A stretch of 64,000 nucleotides of DNA. Origin: Acidobacteriota bacterium. Lineage in GTDB: Bacteria; Acidobacteriota; Thermoanaerobaculia; Gp7-AA8. Shown here piece by piece: positions 37,310 to 46,624 of this stretch; positions within the stretch are counted from its first letter, which is position 1; each line of letters opens with the position of its first letter. The notes beneath the pieces were generated by a model, which worked only from the letters and a program-made list of their open reading frames with translations, searched no databases and was not told the DNA's origin. The stretch is taken from NCBI GenBank assembly GCA_034667465.1, contig JAXDJV010000010.1:6874-70873 (forward strand), given 5' to 3'. Both the position numbers and the translations under genes were made by a program.

Positions 37310-38086
37310 TCAAGTTTGTTGTTTGATCGCGGACGCGATCAATTCCGGCAGCATCGCAATTTCGAACGGCTTGCGCAGAATCCCGGCAACCGCGGCACGC
37401 TCGATGAACTGCAGCGATTCGTCGGTCGCCGCGGTCATGATGAACGTCCGTTTGAGCAGCGCCGGTTTGCGCACGATGATGTTTCGCAATACGTCGAAGC
37501 CGCTCAAATGCGGCAGCATCAAATCGAGCAGCACGCAGTCGAACTCGCGCAGGAGCAGCTGTTGAATGGCCGTGTCGCCGTCAGTGACGACCGCGACGTC
37601 GTATTCCGGCGCGAGCACCGACGTTACACGATCGGTGATCATCGGCTCGTCCTCGACGAGCAAAATGGACGGACGCTGTCCCGCTTTCGGCGCAGATGAT
37701 TCCGCGACAGAAACCAGCGATTCTTTCCTGTTCGCGACGACGAACCGAGTGACCGCGCCGATCAACTTGTCGCGCGTCAGCGGTTTGCAAATCCATCCGT
37801 CCGCATCCGACGCCTCGAACAGACGGCGCAGATGCTCCTCCGCCAGCGCCGACACGAGCACGATCGGAATCGAGCGCCGCGAACGAATCAACGTCCCGAG
37901 GCGATGCCCCGGAATCTGCGGCAACTCGATGTCGACCAGCGCGAGATCGGGCATCGCGCTGCTCAGCACTGCCGCCAGCTCAGACAGCGACCCGGCCGTC
38001 ACCGTCGCGAATCCCTCCTCGGCGCAAAGCCGCGCCGCCTGTGCACGAAAAGAGGCGTTGTCGTCGACGACGAGGATGGTAAGCAT
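37310..38086 (-). CDS. Response regulator with two receiver domains and no output domain
   Basis: ILVVDDN...LVDIELP...KP and ILLVEDE...LLDLMLP..SG...KPF. Confidence 0.88.
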   Translation of the reverse strand: MLTILVVDDNASFRAQAARLCAEEGFATVTAGSLSELAAVLSSAMPDLALVDIELPQIPGHRLGTLIRSRRSIPIVLVSALAEEHLRRLFEASDADGWICKPLTRDKLIGAVTRFVVANRKESLVSVAESSAPKAGQRPSILLVEDEPMITDRVTSVLAPEYDVAVVTDGDTAIQQLLLREFDCVLLDLMLPHLSGFDVLRNIIVRKPALLKRTFIMTAATDESLQFIERAAVAGILRKPFEIAMLPELIASAIKQQT

Positions 38087-38175
38087 GGGAGCCCCGACTT
38101 TAGCATGACGGCGTCGCCGCCACCGGCGGGTAGGAGAAGGGGCCGCTCACGACACTCCGGGTTCAGGAGGCGGTC

Positions 38176-39000
38176 ATGACGGAGAGCGAGGATCGCGATC
38201 GGGACTATCAGTTTTTCAAGCAGGCCATCGAGACGGCATATGCGAATGCAGCTTCGCAACTCGAGTTGCGATCGCACCAGCTCGCGACTGAGATTCGCGA
38301 GGATTTCTATAAGCGCGTGCAACGCATTATGTGGACGGTTGGCGTTGTAGGCGTGATCGCCACGCTGGGTGGTTTCGTCAGCATCAACGGCATCGTCAAG
38401 AACGCCGTCGACGAGCAGATCTCCGCGCAATAGAAGGAGATTGAGAAGCTGAAGAGTACCGCGCTCGAAGACGTGGTGGCGCTGAGAACCCAGGCCGGCG
38501 TCGCCGCAAACCAGTCCAAAGAAACGGCCGAGAAATCGCAACGCGAGATTCACGATGTACTTGCGTCCTCGAAGGCGAACTTGGCGGCGCAGTCAACGGA
38601 GATGAACCAGCAGATTGCTGCCGCGAAACAAGTGATCGCTGACACCGTCTCGTGGTGGGAAAGTGTCAAAGAAGTGCACAAAGCAGCGAATAGGGAGGCG
38701 ACGAAGGATGTCGCGAAAGATCCGGGAAAATCGGGTGGGGCGGCGGTGCCGGACGCGAGCGACTCGGCTCAAAAGCGCGAGCACGACGCCATCCTGCGTA
38801 TGATGAAGTGCCTCAAAGAAGGAGGCGTCGTCGATGCCGACGTCGACCTTTTCATCGCCGTGATGGAAGGAGATCTCGAGGCCACAAAACGGGCCGTCGA
38901 CCGCGGAGGGAATCCCGTGGCGAGAGACGTCGCTGTCCTCAGAAAGCACAAGGACGTATTGACCAGGCAGTGCCCGGGACTGGTGCCGAACGGCCTCTGA
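38176..39000 (+). pseudogene. Membrane-anchored coiled-coil protein interrupted by one in-frame TAG (38431-38433)
   Basis: ORFs 38176..38433 and 38473..39000 are in the same frame and read continuously as ...EQISAQ*KEIEKLK... Confidence 0.62.
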
Positions 39001-39575
39001 TGATGATTTTCGTCCGCCGATATGCGTTGCTTCTCCTTTGTTGCGCGGCCGCGTCGTGTGCCGCGGGCAGAGTGTCAAGCGCCGAGGAGCGCCTGTCGAC
39101 GGCTGACGATCTCGACAAAGAGACGAACGTTCTGATCAACTCAGTGCTCGATGACGTGATCGATGTGCGCGGATTCGATCCAAAGCAGTCGTTTTGTGCG
39201 GCGCTGTCGATGGCGCTCGTCGACATCGAGTCGCACACCTGTGCAGACGCCGGGATGCAGACGCTGATGGATCGATGGGAGCAGAGCGACGGAGAGACGT
39301 GGTTCATAGCGGCCGACCGGTTGAGCGAGTTCCTGGTCGCGCGGCCGGAAGCATTCCTGAGGGGATTCATGTCGCGGCCGGAGCATTTCCAGGTGTGGCT
39401 CGACTCGCTGAGCGGTACGACGTTCCGTGACTTCGGCGGAACCTTTGCGGACCGCGTGGCATTGAGGCAACGGATGCTCGACGCGCTCGGGCGCGTCACT
39501 CTGCCGGAACTTCAGGAGTCGAAAGCGCGCGCACTCACCACAATTCGAAGAACACCGGTGACGAGTGTGAATTGA
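39000..39575 (+). CDS. Hypothetical lipoprotein
   Basis: From ATG 39000 overlapping the upstream stop; hydrophobic leader ending AASC. Confidence 0.6.
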   Translation: MMIFVRRYALLLLCCAAASCAAGRVSSAEERLSTADDLDKETNVLINSVLDDVIDVRGFDPKQSFCAALSMALVDIESHTCADAGMQTLMDRWEQSDGETWFIAADRLSEFLVARPEAFLRGFMSRPEHFQVWLDSLSGTTFRDFGGTFADRVALRQRMLDALGRVTLPELQESKARALTTIRRTPVTSVN

Positions 39576-39723
39576 GTGGCGGTGGTGCGGGACGGACACC
39601 AGAACTTATCCCTGCAAAGTGACATATTTCTGCAGCCGGATACCGGCCGTAAGACGGCTTTGGAGCCTTTCGGTATATGAGCTAAAGGAACTGTCACGTG
39701 CAGGAGTCTGCCGTGTAAACCAG

Positions 39724-40899
39724 CTAACCCCCCTTCGGCGCCGCCGCCACCACGTCCAGCATCACCCGCGCGCCCGCGGGTAATCCCAGCGCCGCGAACG
39801 CCGTTCGTGCGGGGAGCGGGGTGATTCCGCGCCCCGGGAGCCATGCGGCGTAAATGGCGTCGATCGCTTTGAAGTCTTTGATGTCGGCCATGAGCAGCGT
39901 CACTTTGACGATGTCGGCGGGGGTGCAGCCGGCGGCGTTGAGGATGGCGTCTACATTCGAGAGCATGCGGTGCGTTTGCGCTTCGAGGCCTTCTTCGAGC
40001 TCGCCGGTTTCGGGGTTGCGGCCGGTTTGGGCGGCGAGGAAGACGAGGTTTCCGGTGCGAATGGCCTGAGAGAACGTTCCAGTCGCGGGCGGGGCGGCGT
40101 TCGTCGCGATACGCGATTTGCTGACGGGCGGGTGGGCGAGCGGCTCGGCTTTGAGCGGGATCTCGAATTTCACTTTGACCGGGGTGCCGGCGTGCGGGGC
40201 GAGGTCGAGGAGCTGCGGTTGTTCGGGGTGGATGATCTGCAGGACGACCGCGTTATCGGGGTGCTCGAAGTCGAGATCGAAATAGTGGAACTCGGTAATG
40301 TTCGACGCGTAGATCCAGATGTTCTTGTTGCCGCGGATGAATTCGCGGAAGCTGTCGCTTTCCATCGGCTCGCCGCGGAGCTCCAGCGGTGATTCGAGCA
40401 TGATCTTCTTCGTGAGATCGAAATTTTCGAGTGCGTACTGCCAGCTTTCTTCATAAGAACGTTTGCTGGAGCCGCGCTCGCGCGGGAGCGCGTCCTTGCG
40501 GCGCAGCTGAATATTTTCGCGAACGAATTCTTCCTCGTCGTCGAACGCCTCGTAATCGGCATCCGTCAATCGCTGCAGGAACTGAGCGGCGTCGTTGCTC
40601 GTCGTCCACGCGCGATGGATCAGGCGGAAATAGGTAATCGCCGTCGGATTGACGTCGAAGATCGTGATCTTCTTCGGCTTCCACAATGGGATGAGATTCA
40701 ACCCGTACAGGCCGCCGACGACACTGATCATGTGGATGTTGTCGCGACGCGCGGGATCGACGCCGTCGTAGTGCGCGCGGAATTCGGCAAATTCGCGGAA
40801 GGAGCCGTCCTGCGCGCCGTCGTCGGTGCCGTAAAAGACGTTCTCGGGGTGGCCGTAATACATCTTGCGATACGAGGCGCTCGGGGCTTCTGCGGTCAC
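39724..40899 (-). CDS. Fusion of an unknown (SAM-binding-like) N-terminal domain and a RidA/YjgF domain
   Basis: C-terminal FSQAIRTGNLVFLAAQ...IVKVT....DF..I..Y...PART is Rid family; N-terminal VGGLYGLN...IFDVNP. Confidence 0.8.
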   Translation of the reverse strand: MTAEAPSASYRKMYYGHPENVFYGTDDGAQDGSFREFAEFRAHYDGVDPARRDNIHMISVVGGLYGLNLIPLWKPKKITIFDVNPTAITYFRLIHRAWTTSNDAAQFLQRLTDADYEAFDDEEEFVRENIQLRRKDALPRERGSSKRSYEESWQYALENFDLTKKIMLESPLELRGEPMESDSFREFIRGNKNIWIYASNITEFHYFDLDFEHPDNAVVLQIIHPEQPQLLDLAPHAGTPVKVKFEIPLKAEPLAHPPVSKSRIATNAAPPATGTFSQAIRTGNLVFLAAQTGRNPETGELEEGLEAQTHRMLSNVDAILNAAGCTPADIVKVTLLMADIKDFKAIDAIYAAWLPGRGITPLPARTAFAALGLPAGARVMLDVVAAAPKGG

Positions 40900-41981
40900 G
40901 ATTGATCCTCCATTTGTCGAATTCGGGGCAGGACGTCGCGCCCGAAAATCATCATTTCTTCGAGTTTGGGCCAGCCGGCGATGATGAACTGCGTCACGCC
41001 AATATTCTTATAAGCGAGAAACGCGTCGCACAACTCTTCGGGAGAGCCGACGAGGGTCATTGCGGACGAACCGTAATAAGGGACGAGTCCCGCCCAGAGG
41101 TTACGATCGAGCCAGCCGATGTCGTCGGCAGCGCTCAGCGCGTCCTTCAATCCCTTCGAATCGCTCGCCTGCAGAATGGCGCGCTCTTCCTTTTCGATCG
41201 CTTCGCTCGGACGGAGCGCTTTCGCCGCCGCGACCGCCTCGTCGTGCGTTGGACGGCAGACGACACAGAGACGGAGACAGCTCTCGATTCCTCCGGCGCG
41301 CATCTTTGCAACCAGCGGTGCGAGCTTTTCGGGCGTGTCGATGAGACGCAGCCATGCGGATGCTTTCGAGAATGCGAGGCGTTCGGCGGCGTCTGAATGT
41401 CCGGAGACGTAAATTTCCGGCGCATTGCGCGAGGGATCGACGAACGGCGTGTTGATCTGACCGTTCTCGACCCGATAGTAGTTGCCGTCGAAATTCACGC
41501 CGTCGCCGTCGCGCCAGAAATCGTGGCAGATGCCGAGGAATTCGTCGGCGCGCGCGTAACGCTCGTCGTGTTCGAGGTAATCGCCGTAGCCGCGCTGCTC
41601 CTCATTGGAACTGCCGGCGACGATGTTCACGGCGACACGCCCATTCGTCAGCGCTGACACGGTGTTGATTTGCTGGACGAACGTCGCCGGCTGCATGAGT
41701 CCGGAGCGGTATGCGACGATGAATTTCAATTTCGTGGTCGCGCGTCCCATCGCGCAGGCGATGAGAATCGTGTCGGGCTCATAGCGGCTGAACGACAGCA
41801 GCACCGATTCAATCCCGGCCGCTTCCGCGCTGCGTGCGAAACGCGTCCACCCTTCGATGTCGGGGATTGCCGCCGGCGATTCCGCCTTTCGCGTGGCGAC
41901 GCGACTCGTTTCCTGCGCGGTCCGCATCCCGACCTCGCCGCCCTTCGGCATCATCCAGTGAAAGCGGAGCGCGTCGTTCAC
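40896..41981 (-). CDS. LLM family oxidoreductase
   Basis: LRFHW, LKFIVAYRSG, GRVAVNIVAG, HDERYARADEF, PEIYVSGHS, LVGSPEE. Confidence 0.92.
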   Translation of the reverse strand: MNDALRFHWMMPKGGEVGMRTAQETSRVATRKAESPAAIPDIEGWTRFARSAEAAGIESVLLSFSRYEPDTILIACAMGRATTKLKFIVAYRSGLMQPATFVQQINTVSALTNGRVAVNIVAGSSNEEQRGYGDYLEHDERYARADEFLGICHDFWRDGDGVNFDGNYYRVENGQINTPFVDPSRNAPEIYVSGHSDAAERLAFSKASAWLRLIDTPEKLAPLVAKMRAGGIESCLRLCVVCRPTHDEAVAAAKALRPSEAIEKEERAILQASDSKGLKDALSAADDIGWLDRNLWAGLVPYYGSSAMTLVGSPEELCDAFLAYKNIGVTQFIIAGWPKLEEMMIFGRDVLPRIRQMEDQS

Positions 41982-43057
41982 GCTACACCTCGCATACGGC
42001 TCTCGCGTTCGCGGACGCGTGGCAGTACTTCGCGGCCGAAGAGATCGAGCTCGGCGATTTCCGGCCAGCCGGAGAGGATGAATTCACTGACGCCGATTCT
42101 CTTGTACTCAATGAATGCTTCGGCGACATCGTCGGGCGTGCCGACCAGGGTCGTCCAGACCGGACCGTAATGCGGCGCGAGTCCGGCCCAGAGCCACGGT
42201 TTCAGGAAATAGGCGTCACGCTCAATGGCCGCCGACTCCGCATACATGCGCGAATCGTCTTTGACCGCGGTCAGATTCGACGTTGTACCGGCAGGCAGCA
42301 TGCTCTGTGCGTGGCGAATCGCTTCGTCGCGCGTCGGGCGGCAGATGATGCAGACGCTGAGACAGACTGCCGTGCCGCGCGCTCGCATTCTGCCGACGGA
42401 CGGCTGGAGTTTTTCCGGTGCGTCGGCGACGCGCAGCCAGGTTGTGCCCTGCGAGACGGCCAGCTCTTCCGACTGTTCGGAATGGCCGGAGATATAAATC
42501 TCCGGTGCCGGTCCGCCGAGCGTTGTGTGAATGCGGCCGCGCTCGACCTGATAATAGCGGCCGTCGAAATCGACGTCGTTGCCGCGCCAGAACGCGTGAC
42601 ATACAGCGAGAAACTCTTCGGCGCGCGCGTACCGCTCGTCGTGCGAGAGAAAATCGCCATAACCATGCTGCTCGGCGGTCGAGCTGCCGGCGACGAGATT
42701 GAGTGCGACACGGCCGTCAGCGAACCGCGACAAGGTATTGAATTGCTGGACGAATGTCGCCGGCTGCATGAGTCCCGATCGATACGCGACGATGAATTTC
42801 AGCTTCTCCGTTTCCTGCGCAAGCGCACAGGCGACGAGCAGCGGATCGGGCTCATGACGCGTCAGCGCAATGAGCGACGAATCGATTCCTGCTTCCTCGG
42901 CGTGCTTCGCGAATGTCAGCCAGCCGTCCATGTCGGTAAGCCGCGCCGGCGACGTCCGGCTGGTCATCGACTCGCAGCGGAAACGGACGGCGTCGAGCGC
43001 CGTCGGCATCGCCACTTCGCCCGGCTTCGGCAGCATCCAGTGGAAGCGGAGATCCAT
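41978..43057 (-). CDS. LLM family oxidoreductase
   Basis: LRFHW, LKFIVAYRSG, GRVALNLVAG, HDERYARAEEF, PEIYISGHS, LVGTPDDV; start at ATG 43057. Confidence 0.92.
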   Translation of the reverse strand: MDLRFHWMLPKPGEVAMPTALDAVRFRCESMTSRTSPARLTDMDGWLTFAKHAEEAGIDSSLIALTRHEPDPLLVACALAQETEKLKFIVAYRSGLMQPATFVQQFNTLSRFADGRVALNLVAGSSTAEQHGYGDFLSHDERYARAEEFLAVCHAFWRGNDVDFDGRYYQVERGRIHTTLGGPAPEIYISGHSEQSEELAVSQGTTWLRVADAPEKLQPSVGRMRARGTAVCLSVCIICRPTRDEAIRHAQSMLPAGTTSNLTAVKDDSRMYAESAAIERDAYFLKPWLWAGLAPHYGPVWTTLVGTPDDVAEAFIEYKRIGVSEFILSGWPEIAELDLFGREVLPRVRERESRMRGVA

Positions 43058-43059
43058 CG

Positions 43060-43908
43060 TCAGACCTCCACCGTCCATGGCACGGTCGGCGGCATGACGC
43101 CGGCGCGCGACGCCCAGTCCTGTAATGCCCACGGCGGCGTGTCGATATCCTTGTAGCCACCGAGGAGCTGGCGGGTGATCGGATCGAGCATCATCAGGCG
43201 GCGGTCGTCCGGACTCTCGAGATAGACCTCCGGTTTCATCCAGCGATAGGCGTAGCCGTACATGACGACTTTCGACGTCCGCTTACTGAAATTCGGCGCG
43301 GCACTGTGGAAAATGCGATTCTCGAAAATGAGCGCGTCGCCGGCATTGAGCTTCATGTCGCAGACCTCGACGTCGGCCGGATCGACTTCGCCCTTTGGCA
43401 GCGCCAGCGGATCGGTCTTCTTATGGCTGCCGCGCGCCATGAGCGTCATCCCGGAATCGCGTTCCGGAAAATCGGTAAGGCAGTAACAGACCTTGATGCC
43501 GACACGCGGCAGACCGCTGTGGCCGAGATCGCGCGGAATGCGAATGTCGCGATGCCAGCCGATCCGGAACGGCGTACCGTCTTCGCCGGCCCAGCGCTTA
43601 TAGATCATTGCCGTCGAATGGAGGTGAATATTCGGCGACAGCAATTGCACGATGAGCGGCACGGCCGGCGATTGCGTGACGAGCGAGAGGAACGGCTTTT
43701 CGCGCAGAAGACCGGGTCGGAGATCGAGGTGGTTGTAATTCGTCTTATGCGAGACCGGCGGCTTGTCGAGGAACGAGCCGGCCAGCCGATCGCCGGCTCT
43801 GACGAGCGCGTCGACGGTCTCGGCATCGAGCGCATTCCGAAGCACGAGAAATCCATCCTCATCGAATGAGCGTCGCTGTTCGGGCTCCAGCCGGTTGAAC
43901 TCCATCAC
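43060..43908 (-). CDS. Phytanoyl-CoA dioxygenase family protein
   Basis: FDEDGFLVL, GWHRD (HxD), GSH, AGDALIF..RIFHSAAPN. Confidence 0.9.
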   Translation of the reverse strand: MMEFNRLEPEQRRSFDEDGFLVLRNALDAETVDALVRAGDRLAGSFLDKPPVSHKTNYNHLDLRPGLLREKPFLSLVTQSPAVPLIVQLLSPNIHLHSTAMIYKRWAGEDGTPFRIGWHRDIRIPRDLGHSGLPRVGIKVCYCLTDFPERDSGMTLMARGSHKKTDPLALPKGEVDPADVEVCDMKLNAGDALIFENRIFHSAAPNFSKRTSKVVMYGYAYRWMKPEVYLESPDDRRLMMLDPITRQLLGGYKDIDTPPWALQDWASRAGVMPPTVPWTVEV

Positions 43909-44639
43909 GATCTCCGAATGACGCAGCAGTGCTGCATTTCATTGTTCGCAGGCGGCAGGATCGTCGCGTGCGGAAACAGCGATCGCATGTAGCCGACGGT
44001 GTGGAAGACATGACACGTCTTCTGTTCCGACGGCGAATAGGGACGAATATCTTCGCGCTCGACGTAAAGATCTTCGCCATTGACGAGCATGAACCAGCTC
44101 GCTCCTTTGACGCGCTTGATCAGCTCCTGTGTCTCCGCGGTCATGACATCGCCGCGCTCCTGTTCGAGGCGCCATTGATAGTTGTTGCCGCCATATGCGG
44201 GCCACGAGCGATGATGCGGATCGATGAACGTAAATGCGAGCACGCCGTTCGGCGAGAGCATCGATTCGAGCTGTCCGACGAGCTGGATCATGTCGGTATG
44301 TGAGGTATTCGGGAAAACCGAGTAGGCGACGATGAAATCGAACGGCCGGCCAAGCTCCGGCACCGGCAATTCGGCAACGCCGTATGGATTGAAGAAGAAG
44401 CAGTAGCGGTCGTAGAAGAGCCAGTTCGCTTTCGGGTACGCGGCTTTGCCGCGATCGATCGATTCTTCGACGACGTCGAGACACCAGTAGCGATCCTCAT
44501 CGATCGTCGACGCCGGATCGCGCAGGATATTGCCGATGTTGCCGCCGAAATCGAGCACCGACTTCCCGCGCCAGTCGTTCTCGCCGACCTGTTGCGAGAA
44601 ATAGGTGAATTGCCCTGTCTTGCGTGAGAAAAAGACCAC
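43905..44639 (-). CDS. Class I SAM-dependent methyltransferase
   Basis: VLDFGGNIG (motif I variant), CLDV, FDFIVAYSVF. Confidence 0.82.
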   Translation of the reverse strand: MVFFSRKTGQFTYFSQQVGENDWRGKSVLDFGGNIGNILRDPASTIDEDRYWCLDVVEESIDRGKAAYPKANWLFYDRYCFFFNPYGVAELPVPELGRPFDFIVAYSVFPNTSHTDMIQLVGQLESMLSPNGVLAFTFIDPHHRSWPAYGGNNYQWRLEQERGDVMTAETQELIKRVKGASWFMLVNGEDLYVEREDIRPYSPSEQKTCHVFHTVGYMRSLFPHATILPPANNEMQHCCVIRRS

Positions 44640-44640
44640 G

Positions 44641-45327
44641 TCACCATCCTTCTCTTAAGACCGATTCGATATCCGCGTACTGAAAACAGGTCACGCGCGA
44701 GCGGTCGTTGCAGTTGTAAATGCGTGGCAGCCACGGCTCGCGGCTCAATTGATTGATGCTTTTGAACGACACCGCATAAACCTCGGCTTTATTACGCGCG
44801 ACGTCGTATTCGTCGAAATGCGTCCCGTTGTCTTCGTAATAGTCGTAGCCGAGGAGATAAATCGGATCGCCGCCGAGAAGGATGGCGGTGTGCAGCGCGG
44901 TGCAGCCGGCGCCGCTGCCGAACCAGCCGTCGGCGAATGAACGTCCGACCTTCGTCGTCATCGACGTTCTGCCGGGCAACAACTCGAATGTATCGACGTT
45001 GTGGATGATCTCGAACGAATTCGCGTTCGTCGCCAGCGGCGCAGCTTTTTCGCCGGCGATGACCATCCCGTTGTAACTGCGCAGCGCGGTCGCGTGCGTG
45101 TTTTGCGCGGTGATGTCGATGAAGTGGATGATCGATGGCGCGTAGTGCTCGATGATCCGATTGATGCCGATCGTGATCCGGCCGTTCAGTCGCGAGAAAT
45201 CGAAGCCGCGCAGGCTGGTGCCGGTCGAGATGACGAAAATCGGCAGCCCTTCGTAAAGGCCATCGAGTCGATGGGCGCGGGAGGTTTGCGAACGGGTCGG
45301 CTCCGGCGCTGTGATGGCGAGGGTCAT
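44641..45327 (-). CDS. DUF115/Maf-like (CstII-like fold) protein
   Basis: FVISTGTSL, IGIN, ALHTAILLG..PIYLLGYD, HF, IYNC. Confidence 0.65.
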   Translation of the reverse strand: MTLAITAPEPTRSQTSRAHRLDGLYEGLPIFVISTGTSLRGFDFSRLNGRITIGINRIIEHYAPSIIHFIDITAQNTHATALRSYNGMVIAGEKAAPLATNANSFEIIHNVDTFELLPGRTSMTTKVGRSFADGWFGSGAGCTALHTAILLGGDPIYLLGYDYYEDNGTHFDEYDVARNKAEVYAVSFKSINQLSREPWLPRIYNCNDRSRVTCFQYADIESVLREGW

Positions 45328-45337
45328 GTCGGGCCGA

Positions 45338-45964
45338 TCAGGGATTCATGGTGTTCGGGCGGTGGATGAGAACGCGGCCGCCGCTGTCGATGACGTGCAG
45401 CCGGTCGCCGGCGCCGACGGCGTGGACGACGAGGCTGCGCAGCGTGTCTTCACCCTGCCACGCGGTGTCGCGGACGGCGAGGTCAAAGAAGCGCTGATTC
45501 TCATTGAAGAAATCGGTGCGGCCGACGTAGAAGCCGCCGATGACTTTCGTCGCGCCGGTGATTTGGAGTGCGCCGAGGTGCGCGTCGATTGTTTTTGCAC
45601 CGCGGCGCGGGCCGAAGAGCACCGCTTCGGGCTCCGCGGCGATGCTCTCCTCGACGTAGCGGAACCAGTCGGAGGCGAGCTGCACGTCGGCGTCGAGCTT
45701 GATGAAGTACGGCGCGGTGGCGAGCTTGTGGAGATCGCGGACGGCGAAGAGCTCGAAGTTCCGGTAGCCGTCGCGGCTGTGATGCGGCTCGTGAAGCACG
45801 TCGTAAAGCCCATCGAGCCGGTGCAGGTCCTCAGGCGAGAGGAAGCAGGAGCCGAGATGGACGCGTCCATGCGGAAGGAGCATCGGGAGAAGGTTCTCGA
45901 GCAGCGGGACGTGTTCTTCTCCGCCGCAAACGAATAAATCGAATGCCGTTTTGGGGTCGTTCAT
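45338..45964 (-). CDS. Hypothetical DxD-motif glycosyltransferase-like protein
   Basis: YFIKLDAD, IGGFY, GED pattern of GT-A folds; first gene of the minus-strand operon. Confidence 0.55.
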   Translation of the reverse strand: MNDPKTAFDLFVCGGEEHVPLLENLLPMLLPHGRVHLGSCFLSPEDLHRLDGLYDVLHEPHHSRDGYRNFELFAVRDLHKLATAPYFIKLDADVQLASDWFRYVEESIAAEPEAVLFGPRRGAKTIDAHLGALQITGATKVIGGFYVGRTDFFNENQRFFDLAVRDTAWQGEDTLRSLVVHAVGAGDRLHVIDSGGRVLIHRPNTMNP

Positions 45965-46060
45965 GAGGGACGCTCAACAGAGGAGTGTCGGCATCGGGGA
46001 GTTTCCCTACCCGCCCGATCCAGGGTAGGGGAAGAATCGGTTCGCGGCCCTCCCTTAGGC

Positions 46061-46411
46061 ATGGGCGACACGAGATCCTGGTGGCTGGCGGCGGCAGAGC
46101 TGTACATCGCTGAGTGTGAGGCGCACGCGAGCTCGGTCCGCGCCTCGGAGTTCGCATCGCGGATGCAGCGAACGCCGGTGCAGCTCGTCCGCGAGTTCCG
46201 GCAGTCGGTCGGTTTCTGCGTGAAGGTCTACTTCAGCAGCCGCCAGATCGCGCGCGCCGCCGAGCTGCTGCGGACGACGCGGCGAACGACGGCCGACATC
46301 GCCCTGCGCGCGGGGTTCGGGACGTCGCGATCGTTCTTCCGCGCCTTCCGGCGTTCCACCGGAATGTCGCCAGCGGAATTCAGGAAACAAATGTCACTTG
46401 GCGAGCAATAG
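46061..46411 (+). CDS. Stand-alone AraC-type HTH regulator
   Basis: L.REFRQSVG, RAAELLRTT..T.ADIALRAGFGTSRSFFRAFRRSTGMSPAEFR; no N-terminal sensor domain. Confidence 0.88.
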   Translation: MGDTRSWWLAAAELYIAECEAHASSVRASEFASRMQRTPVQLVREFRQSVGFCVKVYFSSRQIARAAELLRTTRRTTADIALRAGFGTSRSFFRAFRRSTGMSPAEFRKQMSLGEQ

Positions 46412-46624
46412 TTAGGGCATTAAGTTCCGCGTTACGTCCTCTGGTTTCCCGGTACGCGGAATTAGTGTCGATGCTTCAGCGAAGCACAGCAGGGATCCCC
46501 GGCCGTTCCGGGAAGCTCGCGCGAACACTCCTCCGCGCCGACTACTCACACCGCCATTTTCGATCACTGAGCGCCGCCCGCGGCGGCAGCTGAACCTGCG
46601 ACACAACAACGCAAGGAGCACAAG

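Noticed and set aside
46425-46461. TTCCGCGT...ACGCGGAA inverted pair upstream of the precursor
   Set aside because: Only 8 bp with a 21-nt gap in GC-rich DNA; could easily be chance.
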